Virus record (IMG/VR): IMGVR_UViG_3300044712_002679
Coordinates: 116,406 to 180,405 of that record
Reading direction: 5' to 3' (one strand)
Length of the DNA: 64,000 nucleotides
Source of the DNA: a virus
Shown here: piece after piece, positions 33,356-43,518 of the stretch
Numbering within the stretch: position 1 is the first letter of the stretch
Layout of the letters: each line of letters starts with the position of its first letter
Made by a program: the position numbers and the translations under genes
Notes under the pieces: model-generated
What the model saw: only the letters and a program-made list of their open reading frames with translations
Told to the model about the DNA's origin: nothing
The model's database searches: none

Positions 33356-34722
33356 ATTGAAAATATTGAATTTAATACTGACAATCTTTTATTTATTGTT
33401 GGTAATCCTATTGGTTCGAGAAAACGATTCACAATATGTAAGAATGTTAAATCAAATTGTTCATCAAAATCAATTTTAACACCTTCTTTTTCTACAATTT
33501 CATATGGATGCATACTTCTTTGAAAAGCAAAAACATTATTTTTAGGATGATTACAATAATAATATTTTATTCTTCCACCTCTTATATTATCATATTTTAC
33601 TTTATATTCCGAATTTTTGTTTAATAAATAATTGTGTAATGCTGCAGCTTTAACACCAAAATGCGCACCTTTAATACATACAACATCGGTTACATCATCT
33701 ATACACTTAATTGAATAATTACTACAACTAGTGGTCATACTAATATCTTCGATATCTGCCATTATAAATTCTCGCTTCATATCTTTAACCAATTTTAAAA
33801 CTTTTCTAATATCAATATTATTAGGATTTCCAAATATATACCTTAAAAAATCATAAATATTTTCTCTAACAAATGGTGGTGTAGAAGATTTAACAATCTC
33901 AACACCCTTTGGATAAAAATATGTCAAATTTTCATAAAAAATTCCATCTTCCCAAACAACATTGTTTATGTAATTCTTTTTTTGAATATGTAATGCTGAA
34001 CGATTAATTGTTTCAAGTTCAAATACATGAAGATTTTTAACACCATATCTTGATGCATATTCAACAAGCCAACTGTTATATAATTTTTCAACAAATATTC
34101 TATTAGCATGTAATATCCAATCCAATTCTTCACCCATATAATTAGATGAATCAATCATTGGTTTAAAAGAAATATATAATGAATCGGTATCACCATATAT
34201 GATTATTGGCTTTTCTTTTGGAATTTGTTCTATATGTGAAAAGTCACCAATTATTCTTTTAAATAAAATATTATAACTTTTAAATTCTTTCTTATCTTCA
34301 ATTAAATCGAATTTATTTATATTTAACTTTTTTAATAACCCATCATCACCATCTAATGAATTGTGTGGATAATTAATATTCATTCCATTAATATCCAACA
34401 AGAAATATTTACCTTCTTTTTCGGCTATATATTCTAAACCTAATCTTTTGTGGGTTTCGATATCCAAATGCCACTCATTATAAAAATATTGTTCAATTTT
34501 TTTCAACATAAAATTTATAACATCACGACCATGTGCAGTAATAGCATTTGCTATATGTGAATTTGATATTACAAAATGCGGATTTGCGAATGCGCCGTAT
34601 GTTCCGTTAATCACGAGCTTAAGTGCTAATTGCATCGCTTTCGCTCTATCATATTCAGCTTTTGTTTCGTCTATTCGACTTTTTAATTCCGCAATTTTTT
34701 GTCTTTTTTCATCAGGTGTCAT
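33352..34722 (-). CDS. Family-B DNA polymerase, C-terminal half only (fingers motif B, palm motif C, thumb)
   Basis: KLVINGTYG (motif B KxxxNSxYG) about 35 codons after its own ATG, and IIYGDTDSLY (motif C). No exonuclease motifs or motif A in this ORF. The upstream neighbour is on the other strand. Confidence 0.85.
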   Translation of the reverse strand: MTPDEKRQKIAELKSRIDETKAEYDRAKAMQLALKLVINGTYGAFANPHFVISNSHIANAITAHGRDVINFMLKKIEQYFYNEWHLDIETHKRLGLEYIAEKEGKYFLLDINGMNINYPHNSLDGDDGLLKKLNINKFDLIEDKKEFKSYNILFKRIIGDFSHIEQIPKEKPIIIYGDTDSLYISFKPMIDSSNYMGEELDWILHANRIFVEKLYNSWLVEYASRYGVKNLHVFELETINRSALHIQKKNYINNVVWEDGIFYENLTYFYPKGVEIVKSSTPPFVRENIYDFLRYIFGNPNNIDIRKVLKLVKDMKREFIMADIEDISMTTSCSNYSIKCIDDVTDVVCIKGAHFGVKAAALHNYLLNKNSEYKVKYDNIRGGRIKYYYCNHPKNNVFAFQRSMHPYEIVEKEGVKIDFDEQFDLTFLHIVNRFLEPIGLPTINKRLSVLNSIFSI

Positions 34723-34815
34723 TTAATATAATATATTTTTCTATATTTAGCATAAAAAAATTTTTTTGTTTATAAATTGTTTTCTGTTTTTAATATATAA
34801 GAAAAAAAATACAAT

Positions 34816-35217
34816 ATGCATATACAATTATTTAATGAACATCATAATGATTTAGAAATTTGGAAAAAAATGATGGATGAATATGATTTAAAATATTTTA
34901 CAGAATTAAGTCAATTATCTAAATCTGATTTAGAACAAATGAGGGAAGATTGGAAAGCGATGAGAAGATATGCGTTATATAAATTAAATCTAGAATTAAA
35001 TAATTCTGGTAAAATTGGACAATTATTGAATGTTGATGTTGAAGATTCAGAATTATATCCATATTTAGATGATAAAGAAGCCAAATTCGGTGGAAATAAA
35101 GAACATTTAACATATAAACAATTATTCTTTAAATATTCTAGAATATTAGATTTTAATGATGGATATAAGCCAAAAAATTTAATATTGATAACCAAAGAAT
35201 TGAAAAATCTCAAATAG
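34816..35217 (+). CDS. Hypothetical protein
   Basis: 133-aa ORF; overlapping antisense ORFs judged spurious. Confidence 0.55.
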   Translation: MHIQLFNEHHNDLEIWKKMMDEYDLKYFTELSQLSKSDLEQMREDWKAMRRYALYKLNLELNNSGKIGQLLNVDVEDSELYPYLDDKEAKFGGNKEHLTYKQLFFKYSRILDFNDGYKPKNLILITKELKNLK

Positions 35218-36454
35218 TTTTTAATCCAACTTGCCAATATGTTTTACCAGATAATATAATAGACACTTGATTACTTAATCCATTTATAGTGTGTTCTAAT
35301 ATATTATTTGTATTTGAAAAATTAATTATACCGCCATCCCAAGCTGAAATATTCATTAATGATGCAATTCTATCAATTCTACATGCATATCCATAATAAC
35401 AATCATTTCCGATATATGATCCGGCAAAAACTAATCCGATAATTTTTTTAACTCCCGAAAAATCAGCAATTAACGCAGAACCAGAATCACCACGATTTAT
35501 AGGATATGGACAATCTGGGTGCATTGGCTGTGTTGAACCTGTTGTAGCAACAAATTCAATTAGATCAGAATAGCTAACGTTTATATATTTTCCTTGTTTT
35601 TTATAATAAATATTTGAAATAACTGATGGAAATTGTGAAATTCGTAATTTTGTAATCCCTTCACCTTTCCCACCTGTTGTTCTTCCTGCACTATATAATA
35701 ATGGATTATATGATGATGATCCAGGAATTAAAATATTATTAATTTCTTCAGTTGTCGCAAATGGTAGTGGGTTTGTAAAACTCAATCCTTCATATTTATA
35801 TGATGTATTATTTGAAAATGTGTCTCCTGAATTAATTGTTGTTAATGCAACATCGACATAATTATAACCATATGAACTTATTGGATAATATTTTTTAACA
35901 ACACCAATTGGATGATTATCAGATATGCTTTCGTGTGGTTGTGTTACGATATTATTCTTAATGTTACTAATTATGCTAGTTGAACTTCTTTCCGAGCATA
36001 TAAAAGCATCATCAATAAAAACATGATTATTAGATACACCAACCAAAGAATTAGTATCATTATCTTTAGCAATAAATCCCAATGTGCCTGTTGAGTTTGG
36101 CATTGATGTAATATTACTTGCTGATATTCCACCTTTCAATGGTCTAAAAATATTTTTATTTGATATCGTTGTACCAGACCAAATGTAAAATTTAGGATCA
36201 CAACCCAATAATTTAAAATCTTTTTGTACAACATCAGTTTTAATAAATTGATCATTTATATTAATCTCATTTGGTAATAACTGATCTTCAGTCAATTGAT
36301 CTTTTGGTATTTTTTCTTTAACTGAAAAAACGATTGATTTTTCATCTGTTAATATTCCATTAACAGATTTATATCCATATCCAACACCAATTATATTGTC
36401 ATCTGTATTTTGATGGTATTCTTCAATAGTCTTTAATAATTCTTCATGGCCCAT
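35210..36454 (-). CDS. Trypsin-like (S1 family) serine peptidase
   Basis: Catalytic triad candidates in order: VSNNHVF (His), YVDVALT (Asp), NRGDSGSALIA (Ser, GDSG motif). Confidence 0.65.
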   Translation of the reverse strand: MGHEELLKTIEEYHQNTDDNIIGVGYGYKSVNGILTDEKSIVFSVKEKIPKDQLTEDQLLPNEININDQFIKTDVVQKDFKLLGCDPKFYIWSGTTISNKNIFRPLKGGISASNITSMPNSTGTLGFIAKDNDTNSLVGVSNNHVFIDDAFICSERSSTSIISNIKNNIVTQPHESISDNHPIGVVKKYYPISSYGYNYVDVALTTINSGDTFSNNTSYKYEGLSFTNPLPFATTEEINNILIPGSSSYNPLLYSAGRTTGGKGEGITKLRISQFPSVISNIYYKKQGKYINVSYSDLIEFVATTGSTQPMHPDCPYPINRGDSGSALIADFSGVKKIIGLVFAGSYIGNDCYYGYACRIDRIASLMNISAWDGGIINFSNTNNILEHTINGLSNQVSIILSGKTYWQVGLKTI

Positions 36455-36458
36455 AATA

Positions 36459-37232
36459 TTATAATAAATTTGGGATGTGTATAAACACAGTTACTATTCT
36501 AGTTGTCGTCGTCGTTGTCGTAGGTGCTACGGTTGTCGTCGTCGTTGTCGTAGGTGCTACGGTTGTCGTCGTCGTTGTTATTGGTCTTCTAGTAGTTGTC
36601 GTCGTTGTTATTGGTCTTCTAGTAGTTGTCGTCGTTGTTATTGGTCTTCTAGTAGTTGTCGTCGTTGTTATTGGTCTTCTAGTAGTTGTTGTCGTTGTTG
36701 TTATTGGTCTTCTAGTAGTTGTTGTCGTTGTTGTTATTGGTCTTCTAGTAGTTGTTGTCGTTGTTGTTATTGGTCTTCTAGTAGTTTTTGGTCTATTTGT
36801 TATTATTTTTGATCTATTTACAGATGATAATAATACAATTGTTGTAGTAATTGTTGTAGTTGGAACAAAAATAAAATCAGATTCAAATATTCGTAAATTC
36901 ATAGTATGCCAATCTGTTGCTGTTTCTGAAAAAGCAAAAAATATATTTGTTCCTGTTGAATATTTAATTTTAGCTATTGAAATTATATAATAATTTAAAA
37001 ATTTATTTATTAATAAATAATTTGAATTATTATTTGATAAATATTGTACTAAATTTTTGCTATAACCCTTACCTCTTAAAGATAATGGAATTGTATTGAA
37101 ATCAATTTCAACTTCAGCTAAAAATGTGATATTATTTTTTTCAAAAAAATCAAATATATTAGAATATGTGCCAGATTTAAGTTTAAATTTAACATAATGA
37201 TCATTTAACCAACAATATCCAACATTTGTCAT
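36459..37232 (-). CDS. Thr-rich (mucin-like) repeat protein
   Basis: About 125-aa N-terminal domain followed by RRPITTTTTT(T) x7 and VAPTTTTTTT x2. Confidence 0.7.
   Translation of the reverse strand: MTNVGYCWLNDHYVKFKLKSGTYSNIFDFFEKNNITFLAEVEIDFNTIPLSLRGKGYSKNLVQYLSNNNSNYLLINKFLNYYIISIAKIKYSTGTNIFFAFSETATDWHTMNLRIFESDFIFVPTTTITTTIVLLSSVNRSKIITNRPKTTRRPITTTTTTTRRPITTTTTTTRRPITTTTTTTRRPITTTTTTRRPITTTTTTRRPITTTTTTRRPITTTTTTVAPTTTTTTTVAPTTTTTTTRIVTVFIHIPNLL
36497..36790. repeat. 30/33-bp tandem repeats encoding the poly-Thr linker
   Basis: GGTCTTCTAGTAGTTGT(TGT)CGTCGTTGTTATT units read directly. Confidence 0.9.
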
Positions 37233-37286
37233 TTTTATAATTATTTAATTTTTTTATATATTAAAATTAAATAATGATAAAAATAA

Positions 37287-37574
37287 TCACCAACTATTCG
37301 CAAATCGAATTTTGTGTACACCATCTGGTATTTCCGATACAATGATTTCAAATCCATCTGTCATATCTTTACTGTATTCGTGTTTTGGTATAGGTATTTC
37401 TAATTTTTCATCTAATAATGACAAATATGGATACTTATTCCCAAAATATTCAGCAGTTTCTTTTGGTAATTCTTTAATACCTGCTTCTAAACAAGCAATC
37501 AATACTTTTGATTGTTTCTTATAATTTTCATTTTCGGGTGAAACAAACCCTGTGATTTTCGTTGACATTCCCAT
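37287..37574 (-). CDS. Hypothetical protein
   Basis: 95-aa ORF. Confidence 0.55.
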   Translation of the reverse strand: MGMSTKITGFVSPENENYKKQSKVLIACLEAGIKELPKETAEYFGNKYPYLSLLDEKLEIPIPKHEYSKDMTDGFEIIVSEIPDGVHKIRFANSW

Positions 37575-37585
37575 TTTTTAATAAT

Positions 37586-38122
37586 TTATTTATTAATTAA
37601 TTCTTTAATTGCATTTATTCCGTTTTCATTAATGTTCCTCGTACCGATTCCAGCAAATTTTTTTGTTAATTTTGGTATTTCTTCATATATTTCAAAACTT
37701 TCTGATTCATAATCATAATAATACCATTGATTAGCAGTTTGTTCAAACAAAAAAATTGGTTTTTTATTATCTATTGCACAAGATACTGCATATCCTGTTC
37801 CACCACATACGTTATTTATATCATCTAACATACCAATAGCAAAAATAGTATCTGAACATTTTACTTGAAACCAATCTCTTGATATTAAATTTTTAATATA
37901 CGATGATAGATTTGAAATATTTCGATTTAATCTAACATTAGCAATTTTAATATGTTCATATCCTTCTTTAAGCTGTTTTGGTGACAATATATGACGGTTC
38001 TTTGAATCTGTATCGTGACCATCAAAAGAAAATGCGACTACATCAAAACCTTTCTTTATAGCTTCATTTTCGAATATAGTATCTGATCCTTTTGCACCCC
38101 CAGAATAACAAGTATATTTCAT
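37586..38122 (-). CDS. SLOG-like Rossmann-fold protein (GGAxGxD motif)
   Basis: MKYTCYSGGAKGSDTIFENEAIKKG at the N-terminus, as in DprA/LOG/DUF2493-type SLOG domains. Confidence 0.4.
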   Translation of the reverse strand: MKYTCYSGGAKGSDTIFENEAIKKGFDVVAFSFDGHDTDSKNRHILSPKQLKEGYEHIKIANVRLNRNISNLSSYIKNLISRDWFQVKCSDTIFAIGMLDDINNVCGGTGYAVSCAIDNKKPIFLFEQTANQWYYYDYESESFEIYEEIPKLTKKFAGIGTRNINENGINAIKELINK

Positions 38123-38721
38123 ATTTTTAAATTAAAATTCAATTTTAAAAAATTAGAATCATCATCAATTCTAGTATCATCAATTTTTTTCATTTTATCA
38201 ATAATCTTTCTAAAATTTGAATTGGATATATCTAAAATATTAAAAATACAAGATAATCTACAAGGATAATATCCATCTATTGATATTGTTCCAAATCTAT
38301 TGTTTTTTTGTGGTTCTTCTTGATCACCCAAATAATATTCTAATGTCATATTATCTAAATTTATTATATAGCCATATTCACAATATAACGATTCTTTTAT
38401 AAATTGATTATCTATAATATAATCTTCTATTTTTCCATCATACATTTCAATAAGCCATTCTGTGCTTTGTATATCACTAAATAAATCAGAATTATTTGGA
38501 CTTGTGTATTGTTTATATTTGTCGATCATTTCTTTGTCAGTAATATCGACATTTTTTAATTTTGATGATCGTTCTTTAAAAGTTTTCCAACCTTTTTCAT
38601 TATTTATTCTAACAATCAAATCTAAAACATCTTCACCCAATCCATCAGGATCAGAATTTTCATTATTATAACCCAATGATAATTTATCCTGATAAATTAT
38701 TCCTACTACACCTTTACACAT
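38119..38721 (-). CDS. Hypothetical protein
   Basis: 200-aa ORF. Confidence 0.6.
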   Translation of the reverse strand: MCKGVVGIIYQDKLSLGYNNENSDPDGLGEDVLDLIVRINNEKGWKTFKERSSKLKNVDITDKEMIDKYKQYTSPNNSDLFSDIQSTEWLIEMYDGKIEDYIIDNQFIKESLYCEYGYIINLDNMTLEYYLGDQEEPQKNNRFGTISIDGYYPCRLSCIFNILDISNSNFRKIIDKMKKIDDTRIDDDSNFLKLNFNLKI

Positions 38722-38733
38722 ATTTAACTTAAT

Positions 38734-39498
38734 TTATATTGTTAATTCTAATGCTATTAATAAACTGGTATTTTGATTATCTATAAATAAAAAAGTGTCA
38801 AACACATAGACTGTAATATCATCTTCTGTGAATGTTATAGATTTAAAATATTTTTTGGGGAATGTTATTGATAAGTCATCGTGGGTTATATCACAAATTT
38901 TAAGATTCCATTGTATATCTTCACCAATCGAAAGACTATTATCAGTTATATCTAATGTAAGAATATCATTTTCATTATCAACTGCTCCAATTTTTTTAAT
39001 TTTTGTAAATGAATTTTTATCTAATGTGAATTTAAAATCCATATTATTTATATTGACAGTTTTTTTAATTTTTTCGATATCAATATTTGTGTTCATACCC
39101 CGAATATCACCACCAATAATACTTAATTTTAATTTAGAATTTTTTAATTTTAAATTATCTGCATACGTATCATCGTTCATAAAAAATTCACAATTGACAC
39201 TTTCATCATAATCTAAATAATTTTTAAGTGTACTTTCAAATTTAGCACCCTTTTTGACGATATATCTAATTTCTTGTGTTATATCATCAGTAAATGAAAA
39301 AACTTCATTTGTTTTAAAAATAAATGATTTAAATGCATTTACATTTGATTTTTCACCTACAACCACATAAAATAATGTGTCATTTTTATTTATTTTAAAA
39401 AGAATTTCATCATCAATTGATAAAAGATCATGGATTTTATCCAAGAAAAAGTTTAACTGTTGTATTGACATGCTAAACTTGTATGAAATATTCGACAT
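38734..39498 (-). CDS. Possible DNA polymerase sliding clamp
   Basis: 254 aa, beta-rich two-halves pattern and size typical of phage gp45/PCNA-like clamps; no diagnostic motif, judged by overall look only. Confidence 0.3.
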   Translation of the reverse strand: MSNISYKFSMSIQQLNFFLDKIHDLLSIDDEILFKINKNDTLFYVVVGEKSNVNAFKSFIFKTNEVFSFTDDITQEIRYIVKKGAKFESTLKNYLDYDESVNCEFFMNDDTYADNLKLKNSKLKLSIIGGDIRGMNTNIDIEKIKKTVNINNMDFKFTLDKNSFTKIKKIGAVDNENDILTLDITDNSLSIGEDIQWNLKICDITHDDLSITFPKKYFKSITFTEDDITVYVFDTFLFIDNQNTSLLIALELTI

Positions 39499-39611
39499 AG
39501 TTATATTTTTACTTTTTTATAGATTAAAAATAAATTAGAGTTTATTTTATTTTATTTGATCTAATTATTTTCGAATTATATTTATTTTGTTTCATGTTGT
39601 TGAATTTTTAT

Positions 39612-39619
39612 TATCTTTG
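39612..39619 (+). promoter_or_regulatory. -7 promoter box TATCTTTG
   Basis: 61 nt upstream of ATG 39681 at the major strand switch. Confidence 0.5.
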
Positions 39620-39680
39620 CACAATTAATGACACCAATCATCATATCAACGGGTGTGGTTAAATTATTTAAATTCATAAA

Positions 39681-40418
39681 ATGTCAAAAATAATCGAATT
39701 AATAAAGATCCATTTTGGTGATAATTCATTTACACCATATGGGCAATGGATTAAAATATTTAAACTTTTTGTTGAAAATTCATCTGAATCAACCAAACAT
39801 AAAATTGATCAAATAGATGAATTTATAAATAAATGGATTGAAAAAGAATATGGTGATTGGTCTATTCCAAATACAATTATAGAAGCCAAAGAAAAATTAG
39901 AAAATAAAATTAATGTTTTTTATGAAATATTAAAAGAATATTCTATAAATAATGAAAAAATTAAAAAAATTATAATAATTCCTGATACTAATGCGCTAAT
40001 ACAAAAACCTGATCCAAAGTCATATAAACAATTAATGAATAACGATAATCTAACGATTATTTTTTTACCTACTGTGTTAAGTGAACTAGATGAACTTAAA
40101 ATTAAAACTTCAAATTTAGATTTTCAAGAAAAAGTAAAATCAGTAATAAATAGATTAAAAGGATATAGAAAACAAGGCAACTTAATTGATGATGATGTAA
40201 CAGTCGAAAAAACAATAAAACTTAAAATGGTTGCATCAGAACCAAATTTTGATAAAACGTTATCTTGGCTTGATAGAAATAACAATGATGATCGGATAGT
40301 TGCAAGTGCATTAGAAATTCAACGGGATAATCCTTCTTCTGTTGTTTGTTTAATAACAAGTGACATAAATTTTCAAAATAAAATAATGATGGCAAAATTA
40401 CCATACAAAGATATATAG
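39681..40418 (+). CDS. PIN-domain protein (putative ribonuclease)
   Basis: C-terminal half: IIIPDTNALI, LPTVLSELDEL, NNNDDRIVASAL, LITSDINFQNK supply the four acidic PIN positions in order. Confidence 0.65.
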   Translation: MSKIIELIKIHFGDNSFTPYGQWIKIFKLFVENSSESTKHKIDQIDEFINKWIEKEYGDWSIPNTIIEAKEKLENKINVFYEILKEYSINNEKIKKIIIIPDTNALIQKPDPKSYKQLMNNDNLTIIFLPTVLSELDELKIKTSNLDFQEKVKSVINRLKGYRKQGNLIDDDVTVEKTIKLKMVASEPNFDKTLSWLDRNNNDDRIVASALEIQRDNPSSVVCLITSDINFQNKIMMAKLPYKDI

Positions 40419-40457
40419 AAAGAAGTTTAAAAAACTTCTTTTTTGTTAAAAATTTTG

Positions 40458-40465
40458 TATCTTTG
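40458..40465 (+). promoter_or_regulatory. -7 promoter box TATCTTTG
   Basis: 23 nt upstream of ATG 40489. Confidence 0.6.
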
Positions 40466-40488
40466 CAAATATTTTTTAACATTCAATT

Positions 40489-41808
40489 ATGACAAAAACA
40501 GAAGAATTTATCCAAAAAGCGAAACTTGTTCACGGGGATAAATATAATTATTCTAAAGTCGAATATATTAATAATCACACTAAAGTTACTATTATTTGTC
40601 CAAAGCATGGTGAATTTAAACAACAACCAGCAAATCATTTAAATAATATGGGTTGTCCAAAATGTGTTGGCAATATAAAATTAACAACAACAGATTTTTT
40701 ATCAAAAGCAAAAGAAATTCATGGGGATAAATATGATTATTCAAAAGTTGAATATGTCGGAATATTTAATCACGTGAAAATAATTTGTCCAATTCATGGG
40801 GAATTTGAACAAACACCAAGACAACATCTTAAAGGTCGTGGGTGTTATAAATGTGGTGGTACACAAAAATATACACAAAATGAATATGTTATAAAAGCAA
40901 AGGAACTTCACGGGGATAAATATGATTATTCAAAAGTTAATTATTTGGGTGGTAGAAAAGATATAATTATAATTTGTCCTAAACACGGTGAATTTAAACA
41001 AAAAGCTGGTCAACATATACATGGTTCAGGTTGTCCAAATTGTGCTGGATTAGGGTTTATATTTCTATCATTTGAAGAAGCAAAAATTTTTGTTAAAAAT
41101 CTTAATTTACAAACACAAAATGAATGGCAAAAATATTGTAAATCGGGAAATAAACCTGATAATATACCAATAGCACCCGAAATTGTTTATAAAAAAGTTT
41201 GGATTAACTGGGGTGATTGGTTGGGTACATTTAAAATTTCAAATCAAAAAAAAGAATATTGGACATTTGAAGAAGCTAGAATATTTGTTAGAAATCTTAA
41301 TTTAAAATCAATAACAGAATGGAAAAGATATTGTAAAAATGAAAATAAACCTAGCAATATTCCAAATGATCCATACGGAACGTATAATAAATATGGTTGG
41401 TTAAATTGGGGTGATTTTTTAGGCTCATTTACATTAGCACCAAAAGATAGACAATATTTATCATTTGAAGAAGCAAGAAATTTTGTTAGAACACTTAATT
41501 TAAATTCAAAAGAAAAATGGGTAAATTATTGTAAATCGGGAAGTAAGCCTAACAATATTCCAAATGATCCATATAGTTATTATAAAGATGATGGTTGGAT
41601 TGATATGGGGGATTGGTTGGGTACATTTACAATTGCCCCACGATATAAACAATTAAATTATCTTTCAGAAGAAGAATTCATACAATTTATTAAAGATACA
41701 TTTCCAAATTTATATGGTGCTGAACTTCATAAAGCATATGAAGCTTGGTGGGATGAAAATAAACCAGAATATTTACCAAAGGATGTTGCTAAATATTATA
41801 ATAAATAA
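40489..41808 (+). CDS. WGDWLG-repeat family protein 1 (3 Zn-ribbon modules + 3 repeats + conserved tail)
   Basis: HGDKY.YSKV.Y...V.IICP.HGEF.Q....H..G.GCP.C x3; F.EAR.FVR.LNLKS..EW..YCKSG.KP.NIP..P...Y...GW..WGDWLG x3; tail NYLSEEEFIQFIKDTFP...AWWDENKPEYLPKDVAKYYNK. Confidence 0.85.
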   Translation: MTKTEEFIQKAKLVHGDKYNYSKVEYINNHTKVTIICPKHGEFKQQPANHLNNMGCPKCVGNIKLTTTDFLSKAKEIHGDKYDYSKVEYVGIFNHVKIICPIHGEFEQTPRQHLKGRGCYKCGGTQKYTQNEYVIKAKELHGDKYDYSKVNYLGGRKDIIIICPKHGEFKQKAGQHIHGSGCPNCAGLGFIFLSFEEAKIFVKNLNLQTQNEWQKYCKSGNKPDNIPIAPEIVYKKVWINWGDWLGTFKISNQKKEYWTFEEARIFVRNLNLKSITEWKRYCKNENKPSNIPNDPYGTYNKYGWLNWGDFLGSFTLAPKDRQYLSFEEARNFVRTLNLNSKEKWVNYCKSGSKPNNIPNDPYSYYKDDGWIDMGDWLGTFTIAPRYKQLNYLSEEEFIQFIKDTFPNLYGAELHKAYEAWWDENKPEYLPKDVAKYYNK

Positions 41809-41811
41809 TTT

Positions 41812-43515
41812 ATGTCAAAAAAACGACCTTTTTTATCATTTGAAAATGCTAGATTTTTTTCACGATCTATTAATTTAAAAAGTGGGAAAGAATGGAAAGA
41901 ATTTTGCAAATCAGGTAATAAGCCTGATAATATACCAACAAATCCATATGAAGTATACAAAAAAGAATGGATTAGTATGGGTGATTGGTTAGGGACATTT
42001 TCGGTTCATACTAAAAATTTTTTATCATTTAATGAAGCAAGAATTTTTGCTAGATCAAATAATTTCAAAAATAGAGAAGATTGGAAATTATATTGTAAAT
42101 CGGAAAATAAACCTAATAATATTCCGACAAATCCATATGAAGTATACAATAAAGAATGGATTAGTTGGGGGGATTGGCTAGGAACAAAAATAGGATTTGA
42201 AGGATTTTTATCATTTGAAGAAGCTAGAAATTATGTTAGAAATCTGAACTTAAAATCAAATAAAGAATGGTATAAATATTGTAAGTCAGGAGATAAGCCT
42301 GATAATATTCCATCTACACCAAATAAAAAATATAAAAATTGTGGTTGGACTAATTGGTATGATTGGTTTGGAACAAAAATTGAATTTGAAGGATTTTTAT
42401 CATTTGAAGAAGCTAGAAATTATGTTAGAAACCTGAATATAAAATCATCAAATGATTGGGCTAAATATTGTAAATCTGGAAATAAACCTAATAATATTCC
42501 AAGTAATCCACGTGAAGTATATAAAAATGAATGGAATGATTGGGGTGATTGGTTAGGAACATTTACTATATCAACACAAAACTATGTGTATTTATCATTT
42601 GATGATGCAAGAAATTTTGCTAGAAATCTTAATCTAAAAACACAAACATATTGGAGGAAGTATTGTAAATCGGGAAATAAACCTGATAATATACCAAGTG
42701 ATCCATCCAAAGGTTATAAAGATAAAGGTTGGCTTAGTTGGGGTGATTGGTTAGGTACAAAAATTGGATTTAATGGGTTTTTACCATTTGAAGATGCAAG
42801 AAATTTTGTTAGAAATCTTAATCTAAAAACCCAATATGAATGGAAAGTGTATCTTAATAGTGGAAACAAACCTAACAATATTCCAAATAAACCACGGGAT
42901 GTATATAAAGATTGGATTAGTATGGATGATTGGTTAGGTACTTTTGTGATATCAACCCATAAACAAAAATTTTTATCATTTGATGAAGCAAGAATATTTG
43001 TTAAAAATCTTAGATTAATCGGTAAAGATGATTGGTATAATTATTGTAAAAGCGGAAACAAACCAACGGATATTCCAACTACACCCAATACCGTTTATAG
43101 TGAATGGGTGGGTTGGGGTGATTGGTTAGGAACATATAATATAGCATCATTTGATAAAGAATTTTTATTGTTTAATGATGCGAGAAATATTATTAGAAAC
43201 AAAAATTTTAAAAATCAAAATGAATGGTTTGAATATTGCAAATCGGGAAATAAGCCAAAAAACATTCCAAGTGATCCATCAAAAACCTATATAAATGATT
43301 GGATTGATTGGGGTGATTGGTTGGGTACATTTACTATTGCAACCCAAAATAAACAATTAAATTATCTTTCAGAAGAAGATTTCATACAATTTATTAAAGA
43401 CACATTTCCAAATATTCCACCTGGAATTGAACTTCGCAAAGCATATGAAGCTTGGTGGGATGAAAATAAACCTGATTATTTACCAAAGGATGTTGCAGGA
43501 TACTACAATAAATAA
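41812..43515 (+). CDS. WGDWLG-repeat family protein 2 (8 repeats + tail)
   Basis: Eight consecutive ~57-aa repeats counted in the translation; tail nearly identical to protein 1. Confidence 0.85.
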   Translation: MSKKRPFLSFENARFFSRSINLKSGKEWKEFCKSGNKPDNIPTNPYEVYKKEWISMGDWLGTFSVHTKNFLSFNEARIFARSNNFKNREDWKLYCKSENKPNNIPTNPYEVYNKEWISWGDWLGTKIGFEGFLSFEEARNYVRNLNLKSNKEWYKYCKSGDKPDNIPSTPNKKYKNCGWTNWYDWFGTKIEFEGFLSFEEARNYVRNLNIKSSNDWAKYCKSGNKPNNIPSNPREVYKNEWNDWGDWLGTFTISTQNYVYLSFDDARNFARNLNLKTQTYWRKYCKSGNKPDNIPSDPSKGYKDKGWLSWGDWLGTKIGFNGFLPFEDARNFVRNLNLKTQYEWKVYLNSGNKPNNIPNKPRDVYKDWISMDDWLGTFVISTHKQKFLSFDEARIFVKNLRLIGKDDWYNYCKSGNKPTDIPTTPNTVYSEWVGWGDWLGTYNIASFDKEFLLFNDARNIIRNKNFKNQNEWFEYCKSGNKPKNIPSDPSKTYINDWIDWGDWLGTFTIATQNKQLNYLSEEDFIQFIKDTFPNIPPGIELRKAYEAWWDENKPDYLPKDVAGYYNK

Positions 43516-43518
43516 TTT

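Noticed and set aside
36475-36990. Plus-strand ORFs 36475..36990 (poly-Val) and 36477..36812 (Cys/Arg/Ser-rich).
   Set aside because: They are antisense or alternative-frame readings of the poly-Thr repeat of the minus-strand gene 36459..37232. Their low-complexity sequence is produced by the repeat.
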